Translations under genes and position numbers: made by a program
The notes under the pieces: generated by a model
What the model saw: the letters and a program-made list of their open reading frames with translations, nothing else
What the model was told of the DNA's origin: nothing
The model's database searches: none
Assembly (NCBI GenBank): GCA_964571845.1
Contig: CAZNDM010000087.1
Coordinates: forward strand, 16,376 to 80,375
Source: an uncultured bacterium
Lineage (GTDB): Bacteria; Hydrothermota; Hydrothermia; B15-G9; WFZT01
DNA: 64,000 nucleotides
Direction of reading: 5' to 3'
Part shown: piece by piece, positions 27,815-37,842 of the stretch
Numbering within the stretch: position 1 is the stretch's first letter
Layout: each line of letters starts with the position of its first letter

Positions 27815-29839
27815 TTAATACTTCATCCTTTCTATGACAATCCAGGAATCCCGCTGACGCGCCATCCCCTCAACGATCTTTCTGAAGTCCTTGTAAAGTG
27901 ATTTGTCGTATATTCCTCCCTTCCTTCTGACCTCATCACTGTAATGAACAGTATCTTTCGAGGAGTAAACGAGTGATTTGAACTCCATAAACTTCACCTG
28001 TCCGGAAAAACCCTCGGGGATGTGTCTTACCCTGAATCCGGGAGGAAGCTTGATCACAATATCTTTGATACTCCTGTAGTTTCTTTCAAAAAATAGAGGA
28101 TTCAACCTGAATGTGGCTCCGACCTTCTCTGCCGTGTAGTCTGAAAGATCCGGCATCTTCAGGAGAATGAGGTTGTCTGCGACTATCGCGTATCCGGGAA
28201 CACGGTAAAAGAGAGTTAACTTCGGTGGTATCGTCAAATCTCCAAGGTCAGAAAGCCTGAAAGAGTCAAGTGTTATGCCAGGAGCCCAGTTGAGATTCTG
28301 CTCGAGTATCTTCTGTAGCTCAATTTTTCTGAATTTCTTGAGCGCCCTCACAGTAGCTTCGTCATAACCCCGAAACAGCACATTATCTTCAATAACAAGG
28401 TCCCCTGTTCTTGTAACAGCGATATTCATAAACTCAATCTGACCCTCTCTCTCCACCGGCGTGAAGGGGATATATGTTTCATCACCGTTGAGTGATATAC
28501 CATGTGTCCCCTGAAATTCGGGCCTTATGTAACCAAATGGCATTCTGTCATTGACAGGATCAAGATAAATTGTATCGAGCCTTACAACCATTCCTGTAAA
28601 CAGGGATAGGTTCCAGTTCTCAGGCAAAAACCAGGAGCTTTTTGAAACTGTTAGCACAAGGTCAGCCGGTATCCCGACTTTCCTGTAAAGTGAATATAGT
28701 AAGAACGCCTTATCAACTTCGCTTCCAGAAAATTTATTGAGAATAAGATCAGGGGATTTCGGGAAAATGCTGTAACTTTCACCATCAACAGGTATCCTCT
28801 TTATGTCCTGAGCAACGAATCTATAGATAGAAAACAGCGTGTCCTCACGACTCTGTGCCTTTGAGAGAAGGCCATCAAGAAGACTGTCGGGTTTAAAGCT
28901 GTCCACAAGGGAATCAATGTAGGTTCTCAGGCTATGGATATCCTCCCCGGTTTTCAACCCACATGTAAAGGCTGGAAGAATGTAGTAAAGAGGCGGCATG
29001 TAGGGTTCCTCAATATAACCTTTGTGATCCCTGACTATGAAAGAGTTTCCTTCACTCTCAATTCCCCCGGTGTTCCTCGCTGTGATAAGCAAAAGGTCTT
29101 TGTTCCCCTCAATTTCGAGCTTTTCATAGTATGTCGGCTCTCTGTCACCCATCAAAATCCTTCTCAATGGGGGATGTTTGGGGTCAAATTTACCGGTGAT
29201 TTTTATCTCGTAATCAAGCACATTTCCTGGTGAGCCTTCAGGAATGGCAAATTTTACCTGATGGAGATCATCATACTCAGGATATCTCGAAAAAACAGAT
29301 GCATCCTCAATGGCATTGTCCATAATGGAGACTACTCGATCGTCATGTGTTACTGTTCTTGCAAATACGATTTCTCCCCTTTCAAATGAGCTCATATACT
29401 TGAAGACTCTGTTTGCTGCTCTCTTACCCCGTTCCTTCAGAATCCTGATAATTCTCCTTTCCGTGTAAGAATAGGAACTATCAGTATTCAGCGTAAACTT
29501 CTTGATCACATAAACATTGACATATCCTGCCATGGGGTAAAGAGAGTCAACAGGAACTTTCAGGGCTTTAAGAAGCAAAGAATCGTCTATGTCGGAGATA
29601 TTTTCCCACATGTCACCGGGTCTTCTTCTGGACGACTCTATGCTCAAAACTTCTGTTCGTGCAACGGCGATTCTGCCGTGTGGAGTCGAGATATAAACAG
29701 AATCCTTTCCAATTTCCAGAACAGAACCGTTTATTTCCTCACCGTTTTTTAGATACACAATATCTCTTGTGAGATTCCGTGGCGCCTTTCCCATACCCCA
29801 TAGTGAAAACGCCGTTAAAAGGACAAGAAGGTATTTCAT
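27815..29839 (-). CDS. DUF3857/DUF3858-type transglutaminase-like secreted protein, catalytically dead paralog
   Basis: Signal peptide MKYLLVLLTAFSLWG. The ATG at 29837-29839 is verified, with a GGAGG ribosome-binding site; the track start at 29857 is a TTG. The region aligns with the active paralog, but the catalytic Cys is replaced (GSEVDKAFLLYSLYRKVGI versus GDCTDKSILFSTLLRSVGI) and the His is replaced (FTGMVVRLD versus FQGNHAITEI). Confidence 0.6.
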   Translation of the reverse strand: MKYLLVLLTAFSLWGMGKAPRNLTRDIVYLKNGEEINGSVLEIGKDSVYISTPHGRIAVARTEVLSIESSRRRPGDMWENISDIDDSLLLKALKVPVDSLYPMAGYVNVYVIKKFTLNTDSSYSYTERRIIRILKERGKRAANRVFKYMSSFERGEIVFARTVTHDDRVVSIMDNAIEDASVFSRYPEYDDLHQVKFAIPEGSPGNVLDYEIKITGKFDPKHPPLRRILMGDREPTYYEKLEIEGNKDLLLITARNTGGIESEGNSFIVRDHKGYIEEPYMPPLYYILPAFTCGLKTGEDIHSLRTYIDSLVDSFKPDSLLDGLLSKAQSREDTLFSIYRFVAQDIKRIPVDGESYSIFPKSPDLILNKFSGSEVDKAFLLYSLYRKVGIPADLVLTVSKSSWFLPENWNLSLFTGMVVRLDTIYLDPVNDRMPFGYIRPEFQGTHGISLNGDETYIPFTPVEREGQIEFMNIAVTRTGDLVIEDNVLFRGYDEATVRALKKFRKIELQKILEQNLNWAPGITLDSFRLSDLGDLTIPPKLTLFYRVPGYAIVADNLILLKMPDLSDYTAEKVGATFRLNPLFFERNYRSIKDIVIKLPPGFRVRHIPEGFSGQVKFMEFKSLVYSSKDTVHYSDEVRRKGGIYDKSLYKDFRKIVEGMARQRDSWIVIERMKY

Positions 29840-29840
29840 C

Positions 29841-31895
29841 TTATCTGCCTCCTTCAAAAATTACGGGTTTTCTCATGTGTTTCAAAAGTTTGAGCAGATC
29901 TTTTTTGTAAGTCTCATAATCTTCCAGCGGCACGATTCGATCCCATCTTCTGAAAACATCGTGAAATTCGATACTCTTTGCACCGTCACTTTTGAAGTAC
30001 GCAACATAAGAGAAGTGTTTATTTTTAATATCAATGGAATCTGGCAGGTATTTCAGCTTTAACTTTTCAAATTCGATGTAAAAATCGTGTGAGACTTTGT
30101 AAGATGTCCGATACACGATATCGTAGTGCCTGTCTTTGACAGTGATTTCGGGGAATCTGTACCTGTTTTTCAGATCAGGAAGCTCAAGAAGATAAAGGTC
30201 TCCAATGTTTTTTAAATATCCGGGAATTTCGAAAACTATCTTCAGGTAAAATTGTCTGGAAAGGTCGTACAGGGGTCCAAGCTCAAAGGAGATAAGCTTT
30301 GAGCCGGGTGCAGTCATCTGGATCATTTCTTCCATACGGTTTTTTCGTTCTTCTTCCTTCACATGTTGCCAGAACCACCGAACGCCAGCCTCAAAATCGC
30401 CCGTGTATTCACCGAGAAACTCGACTCTCGTGCTACCATCGGGTTTGATCTTCAACTTATATGTGTATTTTCTCCAGTTGTGTTCAGGTGGAGGTACCTT
30501 GATAAAGGAAATTTTCCTGAGCTGTGCATTGAGTGCCCAGACACCGTGATCAGCAGACCAGAAATAGGGATAACGGCTTGTTGAACCCGTGGCATCGAGA
30601 TAAAAATCCCTTCCATCTCTCGTAACAATCTCAGTAATGGCATGATTCCCCTGAAAAGACGGAACATCCACGAGGAAAGTTCCGGCATCGTTGGTCTCAA
30701 TGTAAACGGGGTAACCCATTATTCCAACAGAACGAAGCAGGGTTGAAAATAATATTGATTTATCCGTACAGTCCCCGTATCCCTTTTTCAGAGTCTCTGA
30801 TGCAGGGTGTCCGGAGACACCAGACGAGGCTCCACCTTTAATGGAAATGTAACGAATGTTCTGCTGGACCCAGTAGTATATCCTGGCTATGGAGTCGTCG
30901 AGGCTCGTCGCCCCTTTCACGATGCTGTCGGCAAGTGCTTTGATCTCAGGTGTAATGACCATCCTCTTCTTCTGGAATTTCGCATACCAATCGTAAAGAT
31001 AATCCCACGACTTCTGATTCGTAACAGCTAACATGGGGATAACATCAGGTAAAGGTGGCATAACAGGCTCATCAACCACTGGATCCACTGTATCCATTGA
31101 GAATTTGTAAAATTTGTAGGGACCGACCACTCTCTCCTCGTACTTCACACGGGAAGGATCAGTATTCCTGACGAGATATTTAAAAAACTCATTCTCCGGA
31201 AGTTTAAATGTTACCTCTGAATGAAGTACGGGTTTTTGCCCTCCGAAAAACCATCTTTCTGAAAAGACCTTTTTGTCCCAGGGATTGAAGATGTGATACT
31301 CGTAAACATACTCCACAATATCCCCGACCTCTGCGCCGGGAATAGAAAAACTCATGACCTTACTTTTGCCAAAAAATTCAAGTCCGGATTTGGGTTTTGT
31401 AATTTTAACATTTTTTGGATCGAGATAAATAACCCTGCCATCAGGTTTTATACATCTTGCAGCGAGAAGGCGTGCTTTTAGCATATCTTCATAAATGTAG
31501 ATTCTTACATCCGCCCAGTCTCTTGCGTCATCCTTCATTATGAGACCCTGGAAATGGTACCTATTGTACTGGGTAGAATCGGGCTCCATTGAGAAGAAAC
31601 CCTGATCAAGAAGCACGACACCACTGGCGTCAGGATACAGACGGCGAGCCTCTTTTGCCTTCTCAAGTACCTTTTCAGGAGACTCAAGTCTGTACTTAAC
31701 AGGGAGATACGCCCTCTCTTCGCCTTCAAAGATGATCTTTTTTACATCGAGACGGCTGACCACCGTGTCGTCCAGAATGTAGGCACCACCCTTCAGTTCA
31801 AGACGATGTGTCTTTATCACCCTTCCACCAAAAAGTTCGACCTTGTGGGCAAAAACCCACGAAAATAGTGCTATAGCAACTAAAAACTTCTTCAT
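29841..31895 (-). CDS. DUF3857/DUF3858-type transglutaminase-like secreted protein with an intact Cys-His-Asp triad
   Basis: 684 aa. Signal peptide MKKFLVAIALFSWVFA. Transglutaminase-like core GYGDCTDKSILFSTLLRSVGI...GNHAITEI...YLDAT. The ATG at 31893-31895 is verified, with a GGAGG ribosome-binding site. Confidence 0.65.
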   Translation of the reverse strand: MKKFLVAIALFSWVFAHKVELFGGRVIKTHRLELKGGAYILDDTVVSRLDVKKIIFEGEERAYLPVKYRLESPEKVLEKAKEARRLYPDASGVVLLDQGFFSMEPDSTQYNRYHFQGLIMKDDARDWADVRIYIYEDMLKARLLAARCIKPDGRVIYLDPKNVKITKPKSGLEFFGKSKVMSFSIPGAEVGDIVEYVYEYHIFNPWDKKVFSERWFFGGQKPVLHSEVTFKLPENEFFKYLVRNTDPSRVKYEERVVGPYKFYKFSMDTVDPVVDEPVMPPLPDVIPMLAVTNQKSWDYLYDWYAKFQKKRMVITPEIKALADSIVKGATSLDDSIARIYYWVQQNIRYISIKGGASSGVSGHPASETLKKGYGDCTDKSILFSTLLRSVGIMGYPVYIETNDAGTFLVDVPSFQGNHAITEIVTRDGRDFYLDATGSTSRYPYFWSADHGVWALNAQLRKISFIKVPPPEHNWRKYTYKLKIKPDGSTRVEFLGEYTGDFEAGVRWFWQHVKEEERKNRMEEMIQMTAPGSKLISFELGPLYDLSRQFYLKIVFEIPGYLKNIGDLYLLELPDLKNRYRFPEITVKDRHYDIVYRTSYKVSHDFYIEFEKLKLKYLPDSIDIKNKHFSYVAYFKSDGAKSIEFHDVFRRWDRIVPLEDYETYKKDLLKLLKHMRKPVIFEGGR

Positions 31896-31967
31896 TCTTG
31901 ATTAACCTCCGGGGAGTTTTTTGAAATTATAAATCGTGTACAGAATAATGTCCGCCAGAAAGGAGGA

Positions 31968-32402
31968 TTATTTTTTCAATGCCTCCTGTAGCTTTCTCTT
32001 CTGGATATCTATTAAGTCCTTCAGGGTATATCCTCTGAGAAAGGTCCGGATATTTTCTGCGAGCTCCTTCCAGACATCGTGAGGGGCACAGATTGGCACC
32101 TTATCACAGCTCGTTTCATCCTCGACGCACTCCACAAGACTGATCCTGCCTTCCACAGCCTCGACGATCTCAAGTAGCGTAATCTCTTCAGGCGATCTGG
32201 CGAGCATGAAACCACCGCCTCTTCCCTTTGCACTATCCAGGATCCCTGCTCTCTTCAGTTGAAGAAAAAGATTCTCGAGATACCTCTCGGACAGCCCTTC
32301 TCGCTCGGCGATCTCTCTGATAAAAATCGGTCTTCCATCTATATTCATTGCAAGGTCAAGTATTGCCCTTACTGCATATCTGGATCTTGTTAGCAGTCTC
32401 AT
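31968..32402 (-). CDS. Rrf2-family (IscR-like) transcriptional regulator with three cluster-ligand cysteines
   Basis: 144 aa. The wHTH GLSERYLENLFLQLKRAGIL and the CVEDETSCDKVPIC Cys triad. Its ATG overlaps the stop of the aminotransferase gene as ATGA, verified. Confidence 0.8.
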   Translation of the reverse strand: MRLLTRSRYAVRAILDLAMNIDGRPIFIREIAEREGLSERYLENLFLQLKRAGILDSAKGRGGGFMLARSPEEITLLEIVEAVEGRISLVECVEDETSCDKVPICAPHDVWKELAENIRTFLRGYTLKDLIDIQKRKLQEALKK

Positions 32403-33562
32403 TTTCTCTCCTCAAGATATTTTTTAATCCTCTCCAACGCCTCCTCGATATTTTCGAGGGAATTGGCATAGGAGAACCTTATATAATGATTTGTCCTGTT
32501 GGAGCCAAAGTCAACTCCCGGTGTTACCGCAACGCCTGCATTATCGAGGATCTCATGGGCAAATTTAAATGAGTCGTCGGAAAATCTCGAAATATTGGCA
32601 AAAACATAGAACGCACCTGCAGGTGTGGATTTTATACCAAAACCAAGCTTTCTGAGCCCTTCAACCATAACTCTCCTTCTACGATCGTACTCTCTCCTCA
32701 TGCTCTCGACAAAGCTCCAGCTCTCCTCAAAGGCATACAGGGCAGCATACTGGGCAATTGAGCTTGGACAGATAAAGAGATTCTGAGCGAGTTTGTGAAC
32801 CGTGCTGAGCAAACTTTCCGGTACTATCATCCATCCGAGTCTCCACCCTGTCATGGCAAAGAGCTTTGAAAATCCGTTTATCACGATCACATCATCTGAA
32901 AACTCGAGAGCTGTGTGCTCCTTTCCTTCATAAACGAGGCCATGATAAATCTCATCTGAGATGAAGAAAGGTGTTATTTCGATAGCCTCTCTTATCTTAT
33001 CACCGGCTGTCAATGTACCAGTTGGATTCGCAGGTGAGGCGATCAACAGTGCTTTGGTCCGTTCCGTTTTCCTCTTTTTAACCTCCTCAATTGAGATTTC
33101 AAAATTCTCTTCCTCGAAAACGGGCACAAAAACGGGCCTGGCATCAAATGCCCTTGCAAAGTTGGGGTAACAGGGATAACCGGGATCTGTAAAAATGATC
33201 TCGTCACCGATGTCCATTATTGCTGCCATGATCAGGATAAATGCTCCGGATGTACCATTGGTTACAACAACCCTTTCAGGTGATATCTCTATGCCGTAGT
33301 AAAAATTGTAGAATTCGGCTATTTTTTCACGCAATTCAGGGATACCGAGACTGGGTGTGTAGTGTGTCCTGCCTTCCTTTATCGCCCTGATTCCAGCCTC
33401 TCTTATCGGTTCAGGTGTATCAAAATCCGGTTCACCTATTTCGAGATGTATGATACTTCTACCCTGCCTTTCGAGACGATGAGCCTTTTCAAGGATCTCC
33501 ATTACAATGAAGGAGGTAATTTCTTTATTTCTTGTAGCAATCAGGCTTTTTTGAAAATCCAT
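32399..33562 (-). CDS. PLP-dependent class I/II aminotransferase (aspartate aminotransferase family)
   Basis: 387 aa. Motifs NPTGT and SKLFAMTGWRLGW with the PLP lysine. The ATG at 33560-33562 is verified. Confidence 0.8.
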   Translation of the reverse strand: MDFQKSLIATRNKEITSFIVMEILEKAHRLERQGRSIIHLEIGEPDFDTPEPIREAGIRAIKEGRTHYTPSLGIPELREKIAEFYNFYYGIEISPERVVVTNGTSGAFILIMAAIMDIGDEIIFTDPGYPCYPNFARAFDARPVFVPVFEEENFEISIEEVKKRKTERTKALLIASPANPTGTLTAGDKIREAIEITPFFISDEIYHGLVYEGKEHTALEFSDDVIVINGFSKLFAMTGWRLGWMIVPESLLSTVHKLAQNLFICPSSIAQYAALYAFEESWSFVESMRREYDRRRRVMVEGLRKLGFGIKSTPAGAFYVFANISRFSDDSFKFAHEILDNAGVAVTPGVDFGSNRTNHYIRFSYANSLENIEEALERIKKYLEERK

Positions 33563-33611
33563 ATCCGCTCCCTTAAACTTTCCAAAATTTTTTGAAAAGG
33601 AGGTTTTTGAT

Positions 33612-36359
33612 ATGATAAAGTATCTGATCTTTCTTTTTCTATCGTTAAATCAGGGGGGTACTCTTGGCCTATATTACCCATCGATATCCCCTGATGGCAC
33701 AAAAATAGCATTCTCATTCAGGGGGGACATCTGGGTTTATGATACAGTAGAAAAGCAGGTCCAGCGAGTAACCCTGCACGAGGCAACGGACACGAGACCT
33801 GTATGGTCACCAGATGGCAGGGAAATCGCTTTTGCATCAATGAGAAGTGGCAACTATGACATCTGGATCGTTCCAGCAAACGGGGGCACTCCAAGAAGGA
33901 TTACTTTTAACCCCTCAACTGACATTCCAACAGACTGGAAAGGCGACACCATCCTTTTTTATTCCTACAGAAACAGGAGATTTTACACAATTTTCAAAAT
34001 ACACAAAGATGGGGGAATGCCCCTCAGTGTTACAAACTTCGACTCACATAGTGGTGTATTTGCACCAGATGGATCCATTTACTTTGTAAAAAACGGTGTC
34101 TCGTATTTCCGAAAAGGCTACAAAGGCTCGGCAAATGGCGAAATTTTCCGCCTGAAGAATAACAAATTTGAAAGAATTACAAACTATGAGGGAACTGATA
34201 GGGACCCTGCCGTTGATGCAAGTGGAAACCTGTATTTTATATCTGAAAGAGACAGTGGACTGCAAATCTACAGATTTGACGGTACACCTGTTAGAATTTC
34301 ACACCTCGATAGGGGAGACGCCCTTCATCTCGCAGTTTCGAAAGATGGAAAGTATGCCGTAATTGAACATAAACTCACACTTTACAGAGTTGACCTCAAA
34401 ACCGGTGAGGCAAAGCCTCTTGGTATAAACATCCAGACTGACAATAAACTTCCAGAAGAGTTTACAAGGGAATTTACAGATGTCGTAGAGTCTCCTTCCA
34501 TGTCTCCTGATGGCAAATGGATAGCCTTTGCTATGAGAGGGGACATCTGGATAGTCTCTTCGAATGGTGGAGAGGCGAGAAAGATCACAGATGACACTTT
34601 CGAGGATGCATGGCCCCGCTTCTCACCTGACGGCAAAAAGATCGCTTTCTATTCGAACAGGGAAGGCAACAACGACATTTTTATCGTACCTGTTGAAGGC
34701 GGGGAACCGAAAAGGATCACAAAAGACAAGGCTGATGACTTCTTCGAAAGCTGGTCCCCCGATGGCCAGTACATCGTATTTACCTCCACGAGAAAAGGTA
34801 ACAAAGACATTTTTGTCATCCGACTCAAAGATCACAAAGTCTTCCAGATAACAAAGCACGAGAAAGCAGACGACGATCCGGTCTTCTCCCCTGATGGAAG
34901 ATGGATATACTTTGATTCGCAGAGAAGTGGTAACGGCGAGATATACCGAATTCGTGTAAAGGACGGAAAACCTGTAGGGGAACCCGAAAGGCTGACACAT
35001 GGGCCGGGTTACAAACAGATCCCCACGCTCTCACCGGATGGGAAACTCGTTGCCTACGAAGTCTCATCTCGCCAGTCACCACCTAAAATTTTTGTCATGG
35101 ATGCCGATGGAAATCAGCATATCCAGCTAACTGAAGGGAGAACACCGAGCTGGGCAGGTGATTACATCGTATTCACAAATCGAGGTAAACTTCAGAAGAT
35201 CCGGGCACCCAGAGAGCTGATCTTACCTGAAACAGTTGAGTTTACTGCAAAAGAAGTCGTCAAAAGACATGAGGACTTCAAGAAGATCTTCGATATGGCA
35301 TGGTTGAAACTGAAAACGCGTTTTTACGACTCAACGATGCACGGAATAGACTGGGAATCAGTCAAAGAGTACTACCGCCCCCTGCTCGATTATGCAGAAA
35401 CATACGGCGAGTTGAGAAAAGCTATTCTCTTTATGATGGGCGAGCTCAGGGCATCCCATATCGGGATCCAACCACCAAGAAAAGAGAGAAAAATTAAAGC
35501 CTTCACCGGATTTGAGATCGAAATCACAGAAAATGGGGCAAGAGTAACAAAAGTTTACAAAAATTCACCAGCAGAAAAGGCTGGACTGAAACCCGGTGAC
35601 ATTATCGTAAGTATTGACACTTTCAGCACAAAAGACCCCCACTTCAATCTTTACAGAGTTGTCTATCAGAAAGACAGCATAAAAATCAGTACAGTAGATG
35701 AGGAAACCCTCACAATAAAGGTTTTACCATGGGATACTTTGAGGACATTCGTATGGGAGGAATGGGAGGAGAAAAACAGAGAAATTGTTGACAAAGCCAC
35801 AGATGGAAAGGTGGCATACCACCACATAAGGGCGATGAACGAAGATGAGCTTGCACGATTCAAAAAAGCGATTATGAGATTCCTGAAGGAGGGAAAAGAA
35901 GGTCTCATACTCGATGTGAGATACAATCCTGGAGGCAGAATCCACGAGGCACTGCTGGATATTTTAACAAAGAAAGCTTATGCAAAATTTGTTCGCCGCG
36001 GACAAAAACCCCAGATCCAGCCGTCATTGAGATGGGGAAAACCTCTTGTGGTGCTCATCAACGAATTTTCATTCTCGGATGCAGAGATTTTCCCCGCTGC
36101 TGTTAAATATCTCGGTATCGGTAAACTCGTGGGTGTACCAACGGGCGGCGGTGTGATTGGAACAGATCATGTAAAACTGCCTGACGGCTCCTCCCTCAAT
36201 GTGCCTTATGTGGGATGGTATCTACCAGATGGAACCAATCTCGAAGGCTACGGTGTTAAACCCGACTACTACATTGACAACGACCCCAACAATCCAGAAA
36301 AAGATCTTCAGCTCGAGAAGGCAATTGAAGTGATCCTTGAGGAGATCAAATCAGAATAG
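33612..36359 (+). CDS. Tricorn-protease-like peptidase: TolB/PD40 beta-propeller repeats, a PDZ domain and an S41 catalytic domain
   Basis: 915 aa. Signal peptide, then repeated PD40 motifs (SPDG.KIAF.S.R.GN.DI...). PDZ region KVYKNSPAEKAGLKPGDIIVSID. S41 region ILDVRYNPGG...LVVLINEFSFSDAEIFPAAVK. Confidence 0.7.
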   Translation: MIKYLIFLFLSLNQGGTLGLYYPSISPDGTKIAFSFRGDIWVYDTVEKQVQRVTLHEATDTRPVWSPDGREIAFASMRSGNYDIWIVPANGGTPRRITFNPSTDIPTDWKGDTILFYSYRNRRFYTIFKIHKDGGMPLSVTNFDSHSGVFAPDGSIYFVKNGVSYFRKGYKGSANGEIFRLKNNKFERITNYEGTDRDPAVDASGNLYFISERDSGLQIYRFDGTPVRISHLDRGDALHLAVSKDGKYAVIEHKLTLYRVDLKTGEAKPLGINIQTDNKLPEEFTREFTDVVESPSMSPDGKWIAFAMRGDIWIVSSNGGEARKITDDTFEDAWPRFSPDGKKIAFYSNREGNNDIFIVPVEGGEPKRITKDKADDFFESWSPDGQYIVFTSTRKGNKDIFVIRLKDHKVFQITKHEKADDDPVFSPDGRWIYFDSQRSGNGEIYRIRVKDGKPVGEPERLTHGPGYKQIPTLSPDGKLVAYEVSSRQSPPKIFVMDADGNQHIQLTEGRTPSWAGDYIVFTNRGKLQKIRAPRELILPETVEFTAKEVVKRHEDFKKIFDMAWLKLKTRFYDSTMHGIDWESVKEYYRPLLDYAETYGELRKAILFMMGELRASHIGIQPPRKERKIKAFTGFEIEITENGARVTKVYKNSPAEKAGLKPGDIIVSIDTFSTKDPHFNLYRVVYQKDSIKISTVDEETLTIKVLPWDTLRTFVWEEWEEKNREIVDKATDGKVAYHHIRAMNEDELARFKKAIMRFLKEGKEGLILDVRYNPGGRIHEALLDILTKKAYAKFVRRGQKPQIQPSLRWGKPLVVLINEFSFSDAEIFPAAVKYLGIGKLVGVPTGGGVIGTDHVKLPDGSSLNVPYVGWYLPDGTNLEGYGVKPDYYIDNDPNNPEKDLQLEKAIEVILEEIKSE

Positions 36360-36416
36360 AAACGAGCCCGGGGCTGTTTGGGAAAGTTGTTAATCATTTT
36401 AATGGGAAAACACTGT

Positions 36417-36446
36417 CTTTATCCCCTTCCGCTTTGCGGGAGGAGA
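36417..36446. repeat. Copy D of the GC-rich hairpin repeat family (CCTTCCGC, loop TTT, GCGGGAGG)
   Basis: ctttatccccttccgctttgcgggaggag. It shares tttatcccct(c/t)ccgc with copy B and ccgctttgcgg with the hairpin at 56190-56212. Confidence 0.5.
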
Positions 36447-36588
36447 TGATGAAGATCTTTATACCTCTTCAAGGCATAAAGAGGAATAGGTGGGGCAGTG
36501 CAAAACATTGTGGAGGTTGAAATCCCATTTGTATTTTCTCAAAGGAATCAATTGACCTGTTCAGGGAAAATGAGTTAGAATAAATCTG

Positions 36589-37842
36589 ATGAGAAAAATC
36601 ATCGGAACACTCATAAAAATTTCACTCATCACTCCGTTTGTTCTGTCAGGAAAATTGTATTTTCTTTCAACCCAGCTCGTACCGGTGGAAGAGTCAGAAT
36701 GGTTTAGAAAGAATGTGCTATCCAGCTTCGAGACGAAATATGGGATAAAAACAGTCTTCATCGGATCGAGCTACGGTGAATTTCAGGACAGGATTACATC
36801 TGAATACAGGTCGGGCCGTGGCAAAATCGATCTTACTGCCGGTCTTTCAAGTGACTATGAAGGGATTTCCGATGCGTTCCTCCCCATGAACGATTTCATG
36901 AGGAAACTCCAGGTAAACTTCGTCCCATCTGCAATCCGGTACTTAAAAGTGGACGGGAAAGTGGTTTATGTCCCGTGGCTCCAGACAACCTATATTTTTG
37001 TATGCAACAGGAAGGCACTCAAATACCTGCCCAAAGGAGCGGATATCAACAATCTGACATACGAGGAGTTGCTCCAGTGGGTAAAAAATGTGGAAGATGC
37101 AACCGGGAGAAAGCTTTTTGGCTTACCTGCAGGTCCCCGTGGACTGCTCCACAGGTTTATACACGGGTACCTTTACCCCTCTTTTACGGGAGCACAGATC
37201 CTGCACTTTGATGACGCATCAGGTGTGAAGATGTGGCTGTATTTTCAGAATCTATGGAAACACACAAATCCAGGCTCTTCCGTATGGGAGAAGATGGATA
37301 CCCCCTTACTTAGCGAAGAGGTGTGGATAGCCTGGGACCACATATCGAGGCTTAAAAATGCAATTATAGAGAAACCTGACCAATTTGTTATTTTCCCTGC
37401 GCCGGCAGGACCCGCTGGAAGAGGAATACTCCAGGTCCTCGTTGGGCTGGGTGTTACTTCATACTCAGACAGGAAAGACGAAGCCAAAAAACTGATTGAA
37501 TACCTCCTGACTCCTGAGATTCAGAAGAAGATGCTCGAAGGCACGGGATTTATGCCGGTTATAACCGATGTCAAATTTGAAGAAAAGAATACACCCACAG
37601 CCATGATCTACAGAGGTGTCTCTGTACAGAGTGCGAAGAAGGATTTGATAGTCTCCTTCATTCCCGGAGGTCTTGGCCAGAGAAGTGGCGAATTTACAAA
37701 GATTTACCGCGATGCGTTTAGAGAGATCGTCCTCAAAAAGAAAAACCCCTCGAGTATCCTGAAGTTTTATGGTGAAAAATTGAGGAAGCTCTACAGGGAA
37801 ACAGGGGCACGACTCCCATACCCCGATTATGAGATCAAATGA
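36589..37842 (+). CDS. ABC transporter substrate-binding protein (solute-binding protein family 1, sugar type)
   Basis: 417 aa. N-terminal signal/anchor. The MalE-like SBP_bac_1 fold is my reading from overall similarity; the gene sits immediately upstream of two MalFG-type permeases and a MalK-type ATPase. Confidence 0.65.
   Translation: MRKIIGTLIKISLITPFVLSGKLYFLSTQLVPVEESEWFRKNVLSSFETKYGIKTVFIGSSYGEFQDRITSEYRSGRGKIDLTAGLSSDYEGISDAFLPMNDFMRKLQVNFVPSAIRYLKVDGKVVYVPWLQTTYIFVCNRKALKYLPKGADINNLTYEELLQWVKNVEDATGRKLFGLPAGPRGLLHRFIHGYLYPSFTGAQILHFDDASGVKMWLYFQNLWKHTNPGSSVWEKMDTPLLSEEVWIAWDHISRLKNAIIEKPDQFVIFPAPAGPAGRGILQVLVGLGVTSYSDRKDEAKKLIEYLLTPEIQKKMLEGTGFMPVITDVKFEEKNTPTAMIYRGVSVQSAKKDLIVSFIPGGLGQRSGEFTKIYRDAFREIVLKKKNPSSILKFYGEKLRKLYRETGARLPYPDYEIK

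Noticed and set aside
25115-33562. Whether the kinase-helicase and transglutaminase cluster is a phage-defence island
   Set aside because: It is not rejected as a hypothesis but downgraded. There are no integrase, transposase, restriction/modification or other defence genes nearby, and the helicase gene is translationally coupled to essential gltX. That favours a chromosomal housekeeping or regulatory role over a mobile defence island.
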